Part shown: positions 39,363 through 53,802 of the stretch, in pieces
Position numbering within the stretch: position 1 is the stretch's first letter
Layout of the letters: each line of letters starts with the position of its first letter
Origin: Octopus vulgaris
Lineage: Eukaryota
Assembly: GCA_951406725.2 (NCBI GenBank)
Contig: OX597826.1
Location: forward strand, 992,001-1,056,000
Length of the DNA: 64,000 nt
Reading direction: 5' to 3'
Program-made: the position numbers and the translations under genes
Notes under the pieces: generated by a model
What the model saw: the letters and a program-made list of their open reading frames with translations, nothing else
What the model was told of the DNA's origin: nothing
Databases searched by the model: none

Positions 39363-40969
39363 GAGTGAGAGAGCAGTGCATGCCATCACAGTGACACTGG
39401 GGTAAAATATACGAAGCCCAATATACCCATCATGACTACCCGTCTGATAAAGGTACACCAGGCACATGCATCACAACCATATGTACGTGACATGGTGATC
39501 TCATATCAAGATAAACAGTGCATGACCTTGCAGATAGGGCCCAGTTAGAATTTTCTGGTCAAGTAACCCATCCCACTCAAAAGGTCCCTGAATAAGGATT
39601 GTTTAAGGATGTTGAACGAAACACCCATCTTTCCAGAGATGAATTCTCCAAACCCCAAAGAATCCCTATCAACATATGGCTATGATGCTCCCCCACTACT
39701 TCTGCTCAGGGTCAGAGATGCACATATCGTCAGCCACCAAGGGACATGGTCAACTGGTTATGGTCAAACAACTGACAAGCAAATCTGTGGTATTGAGCAG
39801 AATATTTGCTGTAGCCCATCTTTTATACCAAGACAAAACAATGTACATGATAACACTTCCAATCAGTTAAGATCAGAAGCTACGAGAGCCACTGCCTGGT
39901 ACTGCATCAGGGCATTTATTATTATTATTATTATTATTGTTATTATTACAATTATTATTATTAAATTCTTACCTTTGTGAAGTCCTCGACAAATAAATCG
40001 AATAAATAAAGTATTTGGGGGTCCAGGGCCTGAAAGACCTTGCTTCAAACACTGCAAAGTCTTGTAACAAAACATATTACTTCTGATGTGCTGGAGTATC
40101 ATGTTCTCATCAAACGCAACAATCGAAGTAACATGTTCGCACCTAATACAACAACTGCAAACAGAAAACAAAAACAACAAATGACTCACAGGAAAGATAA
40201 TAAAAAAACAGGTCAAAAGAATATAAATAAATATTATGTACATACACAAGTGTGTGTTTATATATATATATATGCATATATTATCATCGGAGCACTGCAT
40301 CCTTCAAAACTTCCATGCTTCCTGAGATTCGCTAACACTACACCTGATTTTCTCCCCTCCATACACATGAAAGCATGTATCTGACTCATACATTGTTCAC
40401 TTTCCAGACATTTGTACATTACTGCATATGCTTCATATGCACTTTTGACAAGTTGTGGTGCACCTGAGCACTGTATACAATCATTTCATTATATATTATA
40501 TATCGTTTTGTTTGGCTGCACCTCTAGAAATGTTTAATTCATACAATTATGAAAAAACAAAAATATTTTTTTGGTGTGTGACTTAAGGCCTATTTAGCCA
40601 TTATTTTCAAGACATATCTCAACAACCACCTCATACCTCATGTGTTTCAAGCATTCAATAAGTGAAAAATGACCACATGGGTAAGCAGATTAGTAACAGC
40701 CGGCTTGTTACTATGGAAACAGATGCTTATATGTCTGTGGCTTTCGACCGGCTAAAATTAACCAAAATTTGTAAACTTTAAAAGCTATTAGCTCTTTATT
40801 TATTGATTTACAGCAAAAATGAATTTCATGTCAATAATCACCATACAAAACTACACCAATGCACCAAATATGAAATTGATTGGAACGAAAATTTAAGAAA
40901 TTGAAAAGTGGCAGCCAAACAAAAGATCCCACAAAAACAAAAAAGATAAATTGTTTTTATATATGAAAG

Positions 40970-41860
40970 AAATTGTATACAGTGCTCAGGTAGACTACAA
41001 CAGAAAAAAAAGCCATTAGGTGTACTGATGGCTTTTCAAGAAGCATGGAAGTTTTGAAGGATGTAGTATCTTGACAGCTAACAACTGATGCAGGTAGTTT
41101 ATTCTATGCTTCAATAATTCTGAGCATCCAAAAATGTTTCTGAAAGTCATAGGTGCTGTGTTGTTTTTTATTTTGTGAGCATGTCCATGAGTGTTTGACA
41201 TATGGAATTCAAAAAGATGCCCAATGTTGTCGTTGGAAAGATGATGGATAATCTTGTGGGTGTCAACCAAGTCAGTTGCCAGACGTCTGGGCTTCAATGT
41301 GTTCATAGTCTGGAAAGCAAGACATTCAGAGTACGGTAGACATACTTGTTTTGTTGCATGTTTCTGAACAGTTTCCAAGAGATTTATGTGCTGAGCAAGA
41401 TAGGGGTTCCAGACTGGTGATGCAGACTCTAAGTGTGGCCACACCATAGCCATACACAACCTTAAATAGATAGCTGGAGAGTGGCTGGCAAAAGATTTTA
41501 CTGAGTGATGCTAGGACACCCTCAGCCTTCTTGGTAATCTTAGAGATGTGGTTTGTCCAACACAGATTGCTGTTTACAATAATATCCAGATCACGTTCAC
41601 TAGAAGACTTCTTGAGATTGGTGTTACTGAGGGAGTATGTAAAGGCTAGGTCTTTCCTCCCAAAATGCATGGTGATGCACTTGTCCACAGCTAGAGATCC
41701 ATTGCTGCATTGTGTTCAGGTCTGAACGCATAGGATCTGTCTAGCATGATGTCAGTTGCATATTTCGACACTAACTTTCCTCAAGTTGGTCTTTATGTCA
41801 TTAATATGTGCAACAAACAGTAGGGGTCCAAGAATGGATCCCTGTGGTACACCAGAAGTC
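40970..41860 (-). mobile_element. CR1-clade LINE 3' fragment (decayed RT)
   Basis: SGVPQGSILGPLLF region, ERDLDIIV..L.WTNHI, PHLESASPVWNPY..INLLETVQK, with frameshifts; matching 3' UTR also at 40290-40485(+). Confidence 0.88.
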
Positions 41861-41873
41861 GTATATATATTTA

Positions 41874-42107
41874 GGGCGGCGAGCTGGCAGAAACGTTAAC
41901 ACACCGGGTGAAATGCTTAGCGGTATTTCGTCTGCCAGTGCATTCTGAGTTCAAATTCCGTCGAGGTCGACTTTGCCTTTCATCCTTTCGGGGTTGATTA
42001 AATAAGTACCAGTTATGCACTGGGGTCGATATAATTGACTTAATCCATTTGTCTGTCTTTGTTTGTCCCCTCTGTGTGTAGCCCCTTGTGGGCAATAAAG
42101 AAATAAG
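41874..42107 (+). mobile_element. Full-length SINE family C (tRNA head + Nin-like core)
   Basis: GGCGGCGAGCTGGCAGAA..GAGTTCAAATTCC boxes, core GTCGACTTTGCCTTTCATCCTTTCGGGG, AAAGAAATAAGAA tail; more than 10 copies in window. Confidence 0.85.
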
Positions 42108-42778
42108 AAGTCATATATATCTCCTCCTCCGCATCAACAACATCATCTCATTGAACATTCACCTTTCCATACTTCCATGGGTCAAATGGAATTTGTTGAG
42201 ACAGATTTTTCTATAACTGGATGCCCATCCTGTTGCAAATCAACCCCAGGACTTATTCTATTGGTTTCTTTGCTGAACCGCTACATTACGGGGACATAAA
42301 CACAGCAGCATCAGTTGTCAAGCGATGTGGGGGGGGGGGGTACAAACACAGAGACATAAACACACACACACACACATATATATACGACAGGCTTCTTTCA
42401 GTTTCCGTCTGCCAAATCCACTCACAAGGCTTTGGTCGGCCCGAGGCTATAGTAGAAGACACTTGCCCAAGGTGCTACGCAGTAGGACTGAACCCGGAAC
42501 CATGTGATTGGTAAGCAAGCTACTTACCACACAGCCACTCCTGCGCCTATGTAAAAGATTCCACTGAGAAGACCAGAAATTTAAGAGCAAAAGAAAGCTA
42601 CTCATCACCAATGATTCCAGTCAGCCCAAACAACAGCTACTGATGTGGAGGAGGAGGGAGAGAGAGGAAATGAACAAAAAGGTCAAGAAGTGCACTTAAC
42701 AGCTAGGCAACTCATATATTTAGGGCCTAGTGTAAGAAATACCTTTATATACATATATACATATATATACATATATGT

Positions 42779-43222
42779 ATCGTGACGTATATTTGCCATC
42801 TCAATATGGCTAACCCCTAAGGGTGGATGCTACTGTAGTTTTTAGCCCCAGGAGGACACACTCCTCCAGCTGGCCATAGACACACTTTCTGTGCCCTATC
42901 AGTATTTGGAAAAAGTATAAGTATTTGTGAAGGAGATCTAATTCTCGCCGACAACTATGATTGTCACACGCTGACGAGAGGTCAATACCTCGAAACTCGA
43001 GTCCGTGTGTATCATAAGTTGAAGACGGGAAGGATGACTTCCCTTTGCAAATACTGATAGGGCACAGAAAGTGTGTCTATGGCCAGCTGGAGGAGTGTGT
43101 CCTCCTGGGGCTAAAAACTACAGTAGCATCCACCCTTAGGGGTTAGCCATATTGAGATGGCAAATATATGTCACGATGTGTTACCGCTACTGTATATAAC
43201 TCACTTTGATATTTATCATTGT

Positions 43223-43225
<3 letters not shown>
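42779..43225 (+). mobile_element. Penelope pLTR-like foldback cassette (130-bp inverted arms 42779-42908 / 43048-43177) in a TA microsatellite
   Basis: Arms differ at one position by eye; hammerhead in the spacer. Confidence 0.75.
42965..43009 (+). ncRNA. Intact type I hammerhead ribozyme, predicted cleavage after GUC at 43003
   Basis: CACACG-CTGACGA-GAGGT(CAAT)ACCTC-GAAA-CTCGAG-TC-CGTGTG: perfect stems I and II, full core, palindromic stem III ACTCGAGT. Confidence 0.9.
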
Positions 43226-43262
<37 letters not shown>

Positions 43263-43707
43263 AAAAATTTATATATAAAGAACGTGAAATACACGAAGGG
43301 ACGAACACGGAAAACAGACAAGTCATTCGAAGCCTTCAATCTTCAGTCAGAAACCGAATCATCATGGCAAATTTTGGCTGATTAATTCTGATATTTGCTC
43401 CAACTCGGCCAGCCCCAAGGAAAAAAACTAAGCTTTGAGCATTAGATTTCTTGGTAGAAGGAAAGAATGTAAACACAACAGAGAATACAAGAATACAAGA
43501 AACAAAAACAAAATTGAAAACAATAATGGTTAAAAACAGGATAACAGCGGGTGATTGAGCAGACCTATCATCAAAGTCATTCCAGCTATGACTATCATGT
43601 CATATATATCTAGGATTCTGTGTGTAGTCCTTGATTTAAGGGAAATTTGGCTGCTGTTTCTAGCTGGGAGGGGCATCCACATAAAGGCTTTGTTGCCGGC
43701 ATTCTCC

Positions 43708-43755
<48 letters not shown>

Positions 43756-43815
43756 ACACAGGTACATGCATGTATATATATATATGTATGTATACATAGC
43801 TAGACAAATAAATAA

Positions 43816-43847
<32 letters not shown>

Positions 43848-43861
43848 ATATGTGTGTGTGT

Positions 43862-44640
43862 GATGATGATGATGGCAATCCCTCAAGGTCGAGGATGATG
43901 GTCTTCGCGCAAATTTACTGGTGAGTCCGTAGGTGACCGATAAGGCCAATTCTTGCTTGAAAAGATCGGTCGCAGTGCGGACATCTAGTGTCGGAAGGGA
44001 GAGTCACACATGGTTGTTGCTGGCACTCCTTCCGTAGTCGTCTTTTCTCCTCCAGCTCTGCAGACCTTTTCGACTCGAAAGTCGCCGCTCCCTCATGGAT
44101 GGTGGTTTTCCAGAGTGGTCTGTTTTTTGCCGTTTCCTCCCAGTTGAAGTCAATGTCACACTTTTTGAGGTTCGATTTCAGGGAGTCCTTGTAGCGTTTC
44201 TTCTGGCCTCCTTTTGTACGCTTGCCGCCTTTGAGTTGGGAGAAGAAGATCTGTTTGGGAAGTCGTTCGTCAGTCATTCTAACCACGTGGCTGCTCCATC
44301 TTAGTTGGCCTTTGATGACATAGGCTTCGATGCTGGTCATTTTTGCTTCTTGTAGCACGCTGACGTTTGTTCTTCTGTCTTCCCAGCTGATGTTAAGGAT
44401 CTTCCAAAGACAGCGTTGGTGAAATTTCTCAAGCGTTTTCAGGTGGTGACTATATGGGGTCCAGGTTTCGGATGCGTAAAGGAGGGTTGGAATTATGACT
44501 GCCCTGTACACCATGAGTTTGGTTTCGGTTCAGATGTCCCGATCAGCAAAAACTCTTGTTCAAAGCTTGCCGAAAGCTGTTCCTGCACACTTCAGACAGT
44601 GTTGGATTTCATCGCTGAGGTCTACTTTTGCTGACAGATG
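43862..44640 (-). mobile_element. 5'-truncated RTE (BovB-like) LINE
   Basis: ORF VYRAVIIPTLLYASETW..QLRWSSHVVRM..RLPKQIFF..CPHCDRSFQARIGLIGHLRTH; (CAT)n tail. Confidence 0.93.
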
Positions 44641-45170
44641 TGTGTATAAGGATGAAAAGGAACACACGAGTTGATATATACGAAAAAACAAGTCAAGATA
44701 GATATTGCTAAAATAATTTGATAAAGAACATTTCAGTCATTTTGAGACCTTTTCAACTTTAAGTGATACAACACCTCACTATTTCCACTCATTCATATGC
44801 CCCCTTCTCTTTCTTCTTTTTCTCCCCCTTCTACTTCCTAACTTTATCACTAATGCTTTATAGTATAACACCTAAGCAAATAAGCAAATTCTATAAACAA
44901 ACCTTTCAATAGAAATATTCTCATGAATTGAACAGCAACTGCTAGCTGACCACCCAAAATAAGGCACTCCCAAATTCTCCCCCCCCCCCTTCTCCTCATC
45001 CTTCTTCTTCCCTACCAAGAATTCACAAAGACCTGGAACCCACAAGTGTAAACAAGAGAGACAGAGAAAGGCAGCAACAAGGAAAATGCCTCTTATATTT
45101 GAACACTATACAAATATTTTTTTTTAAAACTTTGCTTTTAATTTTTCTAAATTTAATTATTTAACCGTTA

Positions 45171-45208
45171 CAGTTGAAAAGGTCTCAAAATGACCGAAAC
45201 CAGTACTG
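45171..45208 (+). ncRNA. Hammerhead motif with U3-A8 core variant
   Basis: CAG-TTGAAAA-GGTC(TCAAAAT)GACC-GAAA-CCAG-TA-CTG; lies in right arm of inverted repeat 44682-44757 / 45173-45260. Confidence 0.6.
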
Positions 45209-45561
45209 AAATGTTCTTTATAAAATTATTTAAGCATTTTCTATCTTGACTTGTTTTTTCATATATATATATATATATATATATATTGGTAAAAACAGTA
45301 AGATAACAAAAGAAAGAAAGAGACCTCAATATTATGTAAATAGAGGAAATTTATCTGTAAAATAATATGTGACAATTATGCAATAGCCAAGATAACCAAG
45401 ATGGCCAGATAACCAAAGAGATGGTGTTGTGGATTTCCACATTGGCATCCAAAACTCAGAGTTTTATCTTGGCTACCATATAATTGTCACATATTATTTT
45501 ACAGATATATATACATATATATATACACATATATATACATACATATACATATATATACATA

Positions 45562-46853
45562 CGAGGGACGTTCAGTAAGTAATGCCTCTGACCCACTTGC
45601 CGTTGTTTGATCTTGCTGAAATTTTGCATGTGCAATTATTCATATCTCTATAGATTACGTGGCAAATTACAGCTCCGAACTAATTGTGGTTTCTAATTTA
45701 CAGGTGTTTGAACTGAGTCAAGTGTGAAATAGAGCCTGTTGAGTGTCGAGCAGTGGTCCAGGTTTTGTATTTGAAAGGACGCACACCACAGGAGACTTTT
45801 GATGAAATGAAAGTAACTTATGATAATGATGCCCCATCATATGACCTTGTAAAACGCTGGCATTGTGAATTCAAACATGGTCGGAACTCTGTGGAAACAG
45901 CTCCCAGATCTAGTCGCACCCCTTCTGCCATTGATGAGGCATCTGTCCGTCAAGTTGAGGCTGCCATTTTGGAAGATCGACGCATAACTATTCGCCAAAT
46001 AGCCCATGAGGGCAAGATTAATACCGGGTCTGTGGAAACTATCATTCATGACCATTTGCATATGCAAAAGGTGTCTGCCAGATGGATTCCCATGTTGCTC
46101 ACACCTTTCCAGAAGCAAGAACGCGTCGAGTGCTCGAGGATGAATTTGGAGATGTGCCAAGAAGATGAGTCAAAATTTTTCAAAAGACTGATTACACAGG
46201 ATGAAACCTGGGTCCATCACGATGATCCAGAGACCAAAGCCCAGTCAATGCAGTGGAAACACCGTGACTCACCTCCTCCAAAGAAGGCAAGGGTGCAGCC
46301 CTCCGCTGGCAAGGTCATGCTCACAGTCTTCTGGGACGAGGACGGAGTAGAGATGACAGATTTCCTGGCAAAAGGTACCACAATTACAGGAGCCTATTAT
46401 GCTTCACTTTTGAGGAAATTAAGAGAAGCTATCAAAATCAAGAGGCGGGGCAAGATCAGCAAAGGCATCCTCCTCCTGCAGGACAACGCTCCGGTCCACA
46501 ACTCGCGTGTCGCCAGATCAGAAGCACAGGCGTGCGGCTATGAACACTTCCCCCATCCCCCTACTTCCCTGACCTTGCACCCTCGGATTTTCACCTCTTC
46601 CCAGCCATGAAGTTGTTTTTGAAAGGAAAGCGTTTCCCAGATGATGCAGCCTTGATTTCTGAAGTCACGTCGTGGTTGGAGGACCAAGCTGGGGTCTTCT
46701 ACAAAAACGGTCTCCAGAGCTGCATCAAACGATGGGAGAAATGTGTAACTCTGGGTGTTTCCTATGTAGAAAAGGACTAATAACTGTACCAAGTTTCGGT
46801 GCTCTACAGCTATGGGAAGTGGGTCAGGGGCATTACTTATTGAATGCCCCTCG
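45562..46853 (+). mobile_element. Full-length mariner (DD34D) transposon, transposase pseudogene
   Basis: TA TSDs; TIRs CGAGGGACGTTCAGTAAGTAATGCC / GGCATTACTTATTGAATGCCCCTCG; motifs WIPMLL, TQDETW, LQDNAP, then frameshift near 46560 to PDLAPSDFHLF..RWEKCV, stop 46778-46780; presumptive start codon is ATA. Confidence 0.96.
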
Positions 46854-46854
46854 T

Positions 46855-49150
<2,296 letters not shown>

Positions 49151-49151
49151 A

Positions 49152-51460
49152 ACGGGAAGCTTTATGAAAATAAACAAAAGACGAAGGCAGGTGGAAAACA
49201 AACGAACAATTGTATTAGTATGGCGCTCAGGAAATATAAATAAAACAAGTCTTTAACGTTTCGAGCCTACGCTCTTCAACAGAAAGATACACAGAGAGAG
49301 AAAAACACAGAAAGAAGGAGAGAAAAAAATGCGTGCAGTAGCTAACGAATCAACATGGCGATCTGATTTCGGCCAGAGGTCAAAGATCAAACATGAGACG
49401 CGAGAGCGAAATAAGGGGAGATAATAGGGTTGATAAATGGGTTGAGGGACCAGCTAAAAGTGCGTGGGAGGGGTCTGGATGTGTGTATGTATAGGGTTGG
49501 TGTATGTATTAGTATGTATAAGGGTGTGTGTGTGTGTGTGTGTGTATGAGAGAGTATTAGTGCGTAAGATTGGTCTGGACGTGCGTATGTATGGGGTTGG
49601 TGTATGTATTAGTATGTATTAGTATGTATTAGTACGTATTGGTATGTATAGGTGTGTGTGTGTGTGTGAGAGAGAGTATAAGTGCGTATGCGGGGTCTGG
49701 ACGTGTGTATGTATAGGGTTGGTGTAAGTATTAGTATGTACTAGTATGTATTAGTACGTATTAGTATGTATTAGTTGGTGTGTGTATTAGTATGGCACAT
49801 CATATGTGATGTGATGTGTAAAGTCATGTGGTGTAGTGAGGAGAAGAGGGGGAGAAGAGGGGGAGGGGAGAAGAGGGGGGAGAGAAGGGGAGGGGAAGAA
49901 GAGGGGGAGGAGAAGGGGGGAGAGGAGAGGATGGGGGAGAAGGAAGGGGATGAGGGGGATGAAGGAGGAAAGAGGGAGAGGGGGAGAGAGAAGGGGAGAG
50001 AGGGAGTGAGGGAGCAGAGGGAAGGGGAAGAGGGAGGGAGAAAGAGGGAAGAAGGGAAGGGGAGTAGGGGTGAAAGGATGAAGGACTGAAGAAGTAGGGG
50101 TCGGGGGAGAAAGGATAGGTGAGGAGGGGGGAGAGGGGGTTAGATGAGGAGGGGGAGAGTTGAGACCAAATGGCGTATAAGAGCGAAGAGAGAAGATTAA
50201 TTCCTGTTCACGGCGCAAACGGGAATCCGGATGGCCTCTGTGTAAGGACAAACCGAACACAGATAGGTGTTGCAAGGAGTGACCGGTGGAGCGGAAATGG
50301 CGTGAGACCGGTGTGTCGTTCGCAAGGTGGATGTCACGAAGGTGTTCCGCGAACCGGTCAGCCAAGCGGCGTCCCGTTTGTCCGATGTACAAGGAATTGC
50401 AGAGAGAGCAAGAGATGCAATAGATAATATTGCTGGAGGTGCAGGTGAAGGAGTGGATGATGGGATAGGGTCGATGGTGGGTGCTAGTGAGGCGGGTGGT
50501 GTTGGAGAGGTAAGGGCAAGTGCGGCAACGTGGGCGGGAGCAGGGGAACGAGCCGGGTTGGGAGGTAGGGTCAGGGAAGGAGCTATGGACCAAAAGGTCT
50601 CGAAGGTTGTGGGCTCGTTTGAAAGAGGGGAGGGGTCGGTTAGGGAAGAGGTGTGAAGTGGACGGGTCGGACTGGAGATGACGGAAAGCTCGAAGAATGG
50701 TGCGTTGGAGACGTAGGGTCGTGGGGTGGTAAGTGAGGGGAAAAGGGAGGCGGGAGACTATAGGGCGGGTTCGGGGAGAGAGAGCAGATACACGGTCCAC
50801 GGACCATGCTCTGGCAAGGGCGGTGTGGATAGTGGTGAGGGGGTATCCACGTAGGGTGAAGTGGTGAGCCATACGTTGAGACTGAGTCTCAAAGTCCTGG
50901 TCGTCACTACAGAGCCTACGTAGACGGAGGAATTGGGAATAGGGGATGGAAAGCTTGGTGTGTTCTGGGTGGGAGGAAGAGAAGTTGAGGTATGAGTGTG
51001 AGTCTGTGTGTTTGTAGTGAATGGAGGTGGTAAGAGTGGAGTGAAGAATGCTAACCGAAATATCGAGGAAGGAGACAGAGGTGTTGGAGATAGTGGAAGT
51101 GAAGTGGAGGGCTGGATGGAAAGATTGGACGAAAGAGAGGAAGGAATCTAGATGTTCGCGGGAGAGTGAGGTGGCATCGATAATGTCGTCAATATAACGA
51201 CCATATAGTTCAGGAGTGGGACCAGTGAAATTAGAGAATATTTGGGCCTCAACATAGCCAACGAACAGGTTCGCATAGTTGGGGCCCATTCGCGTTCCCA
51301 TGGCCACTCCCGAGACCTGATGGTAGAACTCGCCCGCGAACGAGAAGCAGTTCAGAGTAAGGACAAGTTCGGCCAGACGAATGAGTGTGGAGGTGTCAGG
51401 TACAGGGTTAGAGCGGAGGTCAAGAAAGTGTCGAAGGGCCTGCAGTCCTTCGTGGTGAGG
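49152..51460 (-). mobile_element. Penelope-like retroelement, 5'-truncated, RT + GIY-YIG endonuclease with 3' pLTR
   Basis: Open frame with GVAMGTRMGPNYANLF, YGRYIDD, SFLDI, and IIYCISCSLCNSLYIGQTGRRLADRFAEH..REQELIF..GLN; no stops over ~450 aa. Confidence 0.95.
49250..49287 (-). ncRNA. Minimal hammerhead motif in Penelope pLTR, CUGUUGA core variant
   Basis: TCTTT-CTGTTGA-A-GAGC(GTAG)GCTC-GAAA-CGT-T-AAAGA; stems I and II perfect, palindromic ACGT stem III, same strand as ORF. Confidence 0.75.
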
Positions 51461-51461
51461 G

Positions 51462-51524
<63 letters not shown>

Positions 51525-51525
51525 C

Positions 51526-52585
51526 GCGAGAATGAAGCAACAAGAATGGATAGGTTTTTAGTACAATCGTTTCATACAAGGACAGGTTTTATTAAAAGTT
51601 GCAAAAATTACAGCATATAAACGGCGATAATATGATTATCTTCATTATGATAGACAATCCCCTAACACCTTTTAAATGATATTCTAAGATTTGACCTGTA
51701 GTCCGTCAATGTATGAATAATAACGGCAACTCCTTAAGACAATAAAATGAATAAATTAAATAAGTAAATTTTAATGACTTTTTGATAGGATTATACCTAG
51801 TTTTCCCTAATGTATTTTCTGGTGATTTTAGCATCTGACCCCGAAACCCCTAACTGTGTTATCTCTTTAGATTCTCTTTAAATTCACCTCCTCTTTTATT
51901 TTCTCTCTTTTCTTCTATGCCCTTCCCTTTTTCTATTCTATACAGCTCTAGTAAGCCCTTCAGCCTTTAAAAGTTAAATAGCTACAGCCTCTTGTAAATA
52001 GCAGTAATGTGATTAATGTGGCAAATACCTAATCATATAGCAAGAATTGATACCTACCTCATTGTGTTCAACCATTGATAAATTTATCGCCTGTGAATAT
52101 GAAATTCCTTGGAAATTTACACCTACACCATTGGAAATTGTGCATCTATACAAAGGATTAATTCACCCTCTCTGTAATGCTAATAAGCAGGAATTGAAAC
52201 CCACCTCGTTGTAATTAACAATGGATAAATTTGCTTTCTGTGAGTATGTAATCCCTCATCATATCTCTGGAAATTCATATGTGCACTATGGATTGGGTCA
52301 CCTTCTCTGTGATGCTATTAAGACTTTTTTTAAATTCTGTGATAAGACTGTACATCTTTAAAGAACTTTAATGAACTTTTGAAATCTGTTTATGTTACTT
52401 AATTATCTACATTACTTCATGAGTATAGCCTCAACCACTAGGATGTCTAGAGAACTCACATGTATTTTAGCTGATGAGTACGGGACACGTTTATATGCTG
52501 TAATTTTTGCAACTTTTAATAAAACCTGTCCTTGTATGAAACGATTGTACTAAAAACCTATCCATTCTTGTTGCTTCATTCTCGC
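51526..52585 (+). mobile_element. Non-coding pLTR-like cassette with perfect 98-bp inverted arms (51526-51623 / 52488-52585)
   Basis: Exact reverse-complement arms; right arm overlaps a hammerhead. Confidence 0.75.
52465..52555 (+). ncRNA. Type I hammerhead ribozyme with long stem-loop II, predicted cleavage after GUA at 52549
   Basis: TTTTAG-CTGATGA-GTACGGGACA..TGTCCTTGTAT-GAAA-CGATTG-TA-CTAAAA. Confidence 0.8.
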
Positions 52586-52711
52586 TTATAATCACCCCAC
52601 ATTACTGTATTGTTAAATCAGTATAGTTTTTTTTTTTTTTTTGGTGCATCTAAGTTAGGTACCATATTCAAGTAAATTAATTTAAATTAACTTGAATCTT
52701 TATTGCTTTTT

Positions 52712-52713
52712 GC

Positions 52714-52780
<67 letters not shown>

Positions 52781-52795
52781 CATACATATATATAC

Positions 52796-52828
<33 letters not shown>

Positions 52829-52979
52829 CATATACATATATATACATATATATACATATACATATATATATATACATATACATATATATATATACATATA
52901 TATACATATACATACATATATATACATATATATACATATACATACATATATATATATACATACATATATATATACATAC

Positions 52980-53016
<37 letters not shown>

Positions 53017-53105
53017 CATACATATATATATATACATATATATATACATATATACATATATATATATACATATATATATATACATACATATATATATATA
53101 CATAC

Positions 53106-53142
<37 letters not shown>

Positions 53143-53458
53143 CATATATATATACATACATATATATATATACATATATATATACATATATATATATACA
53201 TACATATATATACATATATATATATACATACATATATATATATACATACATATATATATATATACATACATATATATATATACATATATATATATATACA
53301 TATATTTATATACATACTATATATATATATATACATATATATATATACATATATTTATATACATATATTTATATACATACATATATATATATATACATAA
53401 ATATATATATATATACATATATATATACATATATATATACATATATATATACATATAC

Positions 53459-53490
<32 letters not shown>

Positions 53491-53498
53491 ATATATAC

Positions 53499-53533
<35 letters not shown>

Positions 53534-53802
53534 ATACATATATATATACATATATATATACATATATATATACATATATATATATGTATATATATATATA
53601 GATATACATATATATACATATACATATATATACATACATATACATATATATACATACATATACATATATATACATACATATACATACATATACATATATA
53701 TACATACATATACATATATATACATACATATACATACATACATATACATATATATACATATAGACATACATATACATACATACATATACATACATATATA
53801 TA
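52712..53802. repeat. Compound (TA)n/(TACA)n microsatellite
   Basis: Direct inspection. Confidence 0.97.

Noticed and set aside
40707-40720. RFX X-box GTTACTATGGAAAC
   Set aside because: Inside an apparent MITE (~40506-40924); similar motifs occur in mariner arms; no promoter context
43315-43352. Hammerhead remnant on minus strand (CTGAAGA-TTGAAG-G-CTTCGAA)
   Set aside because: GAAA, stem III and cleavage site are missing; too decayed to call
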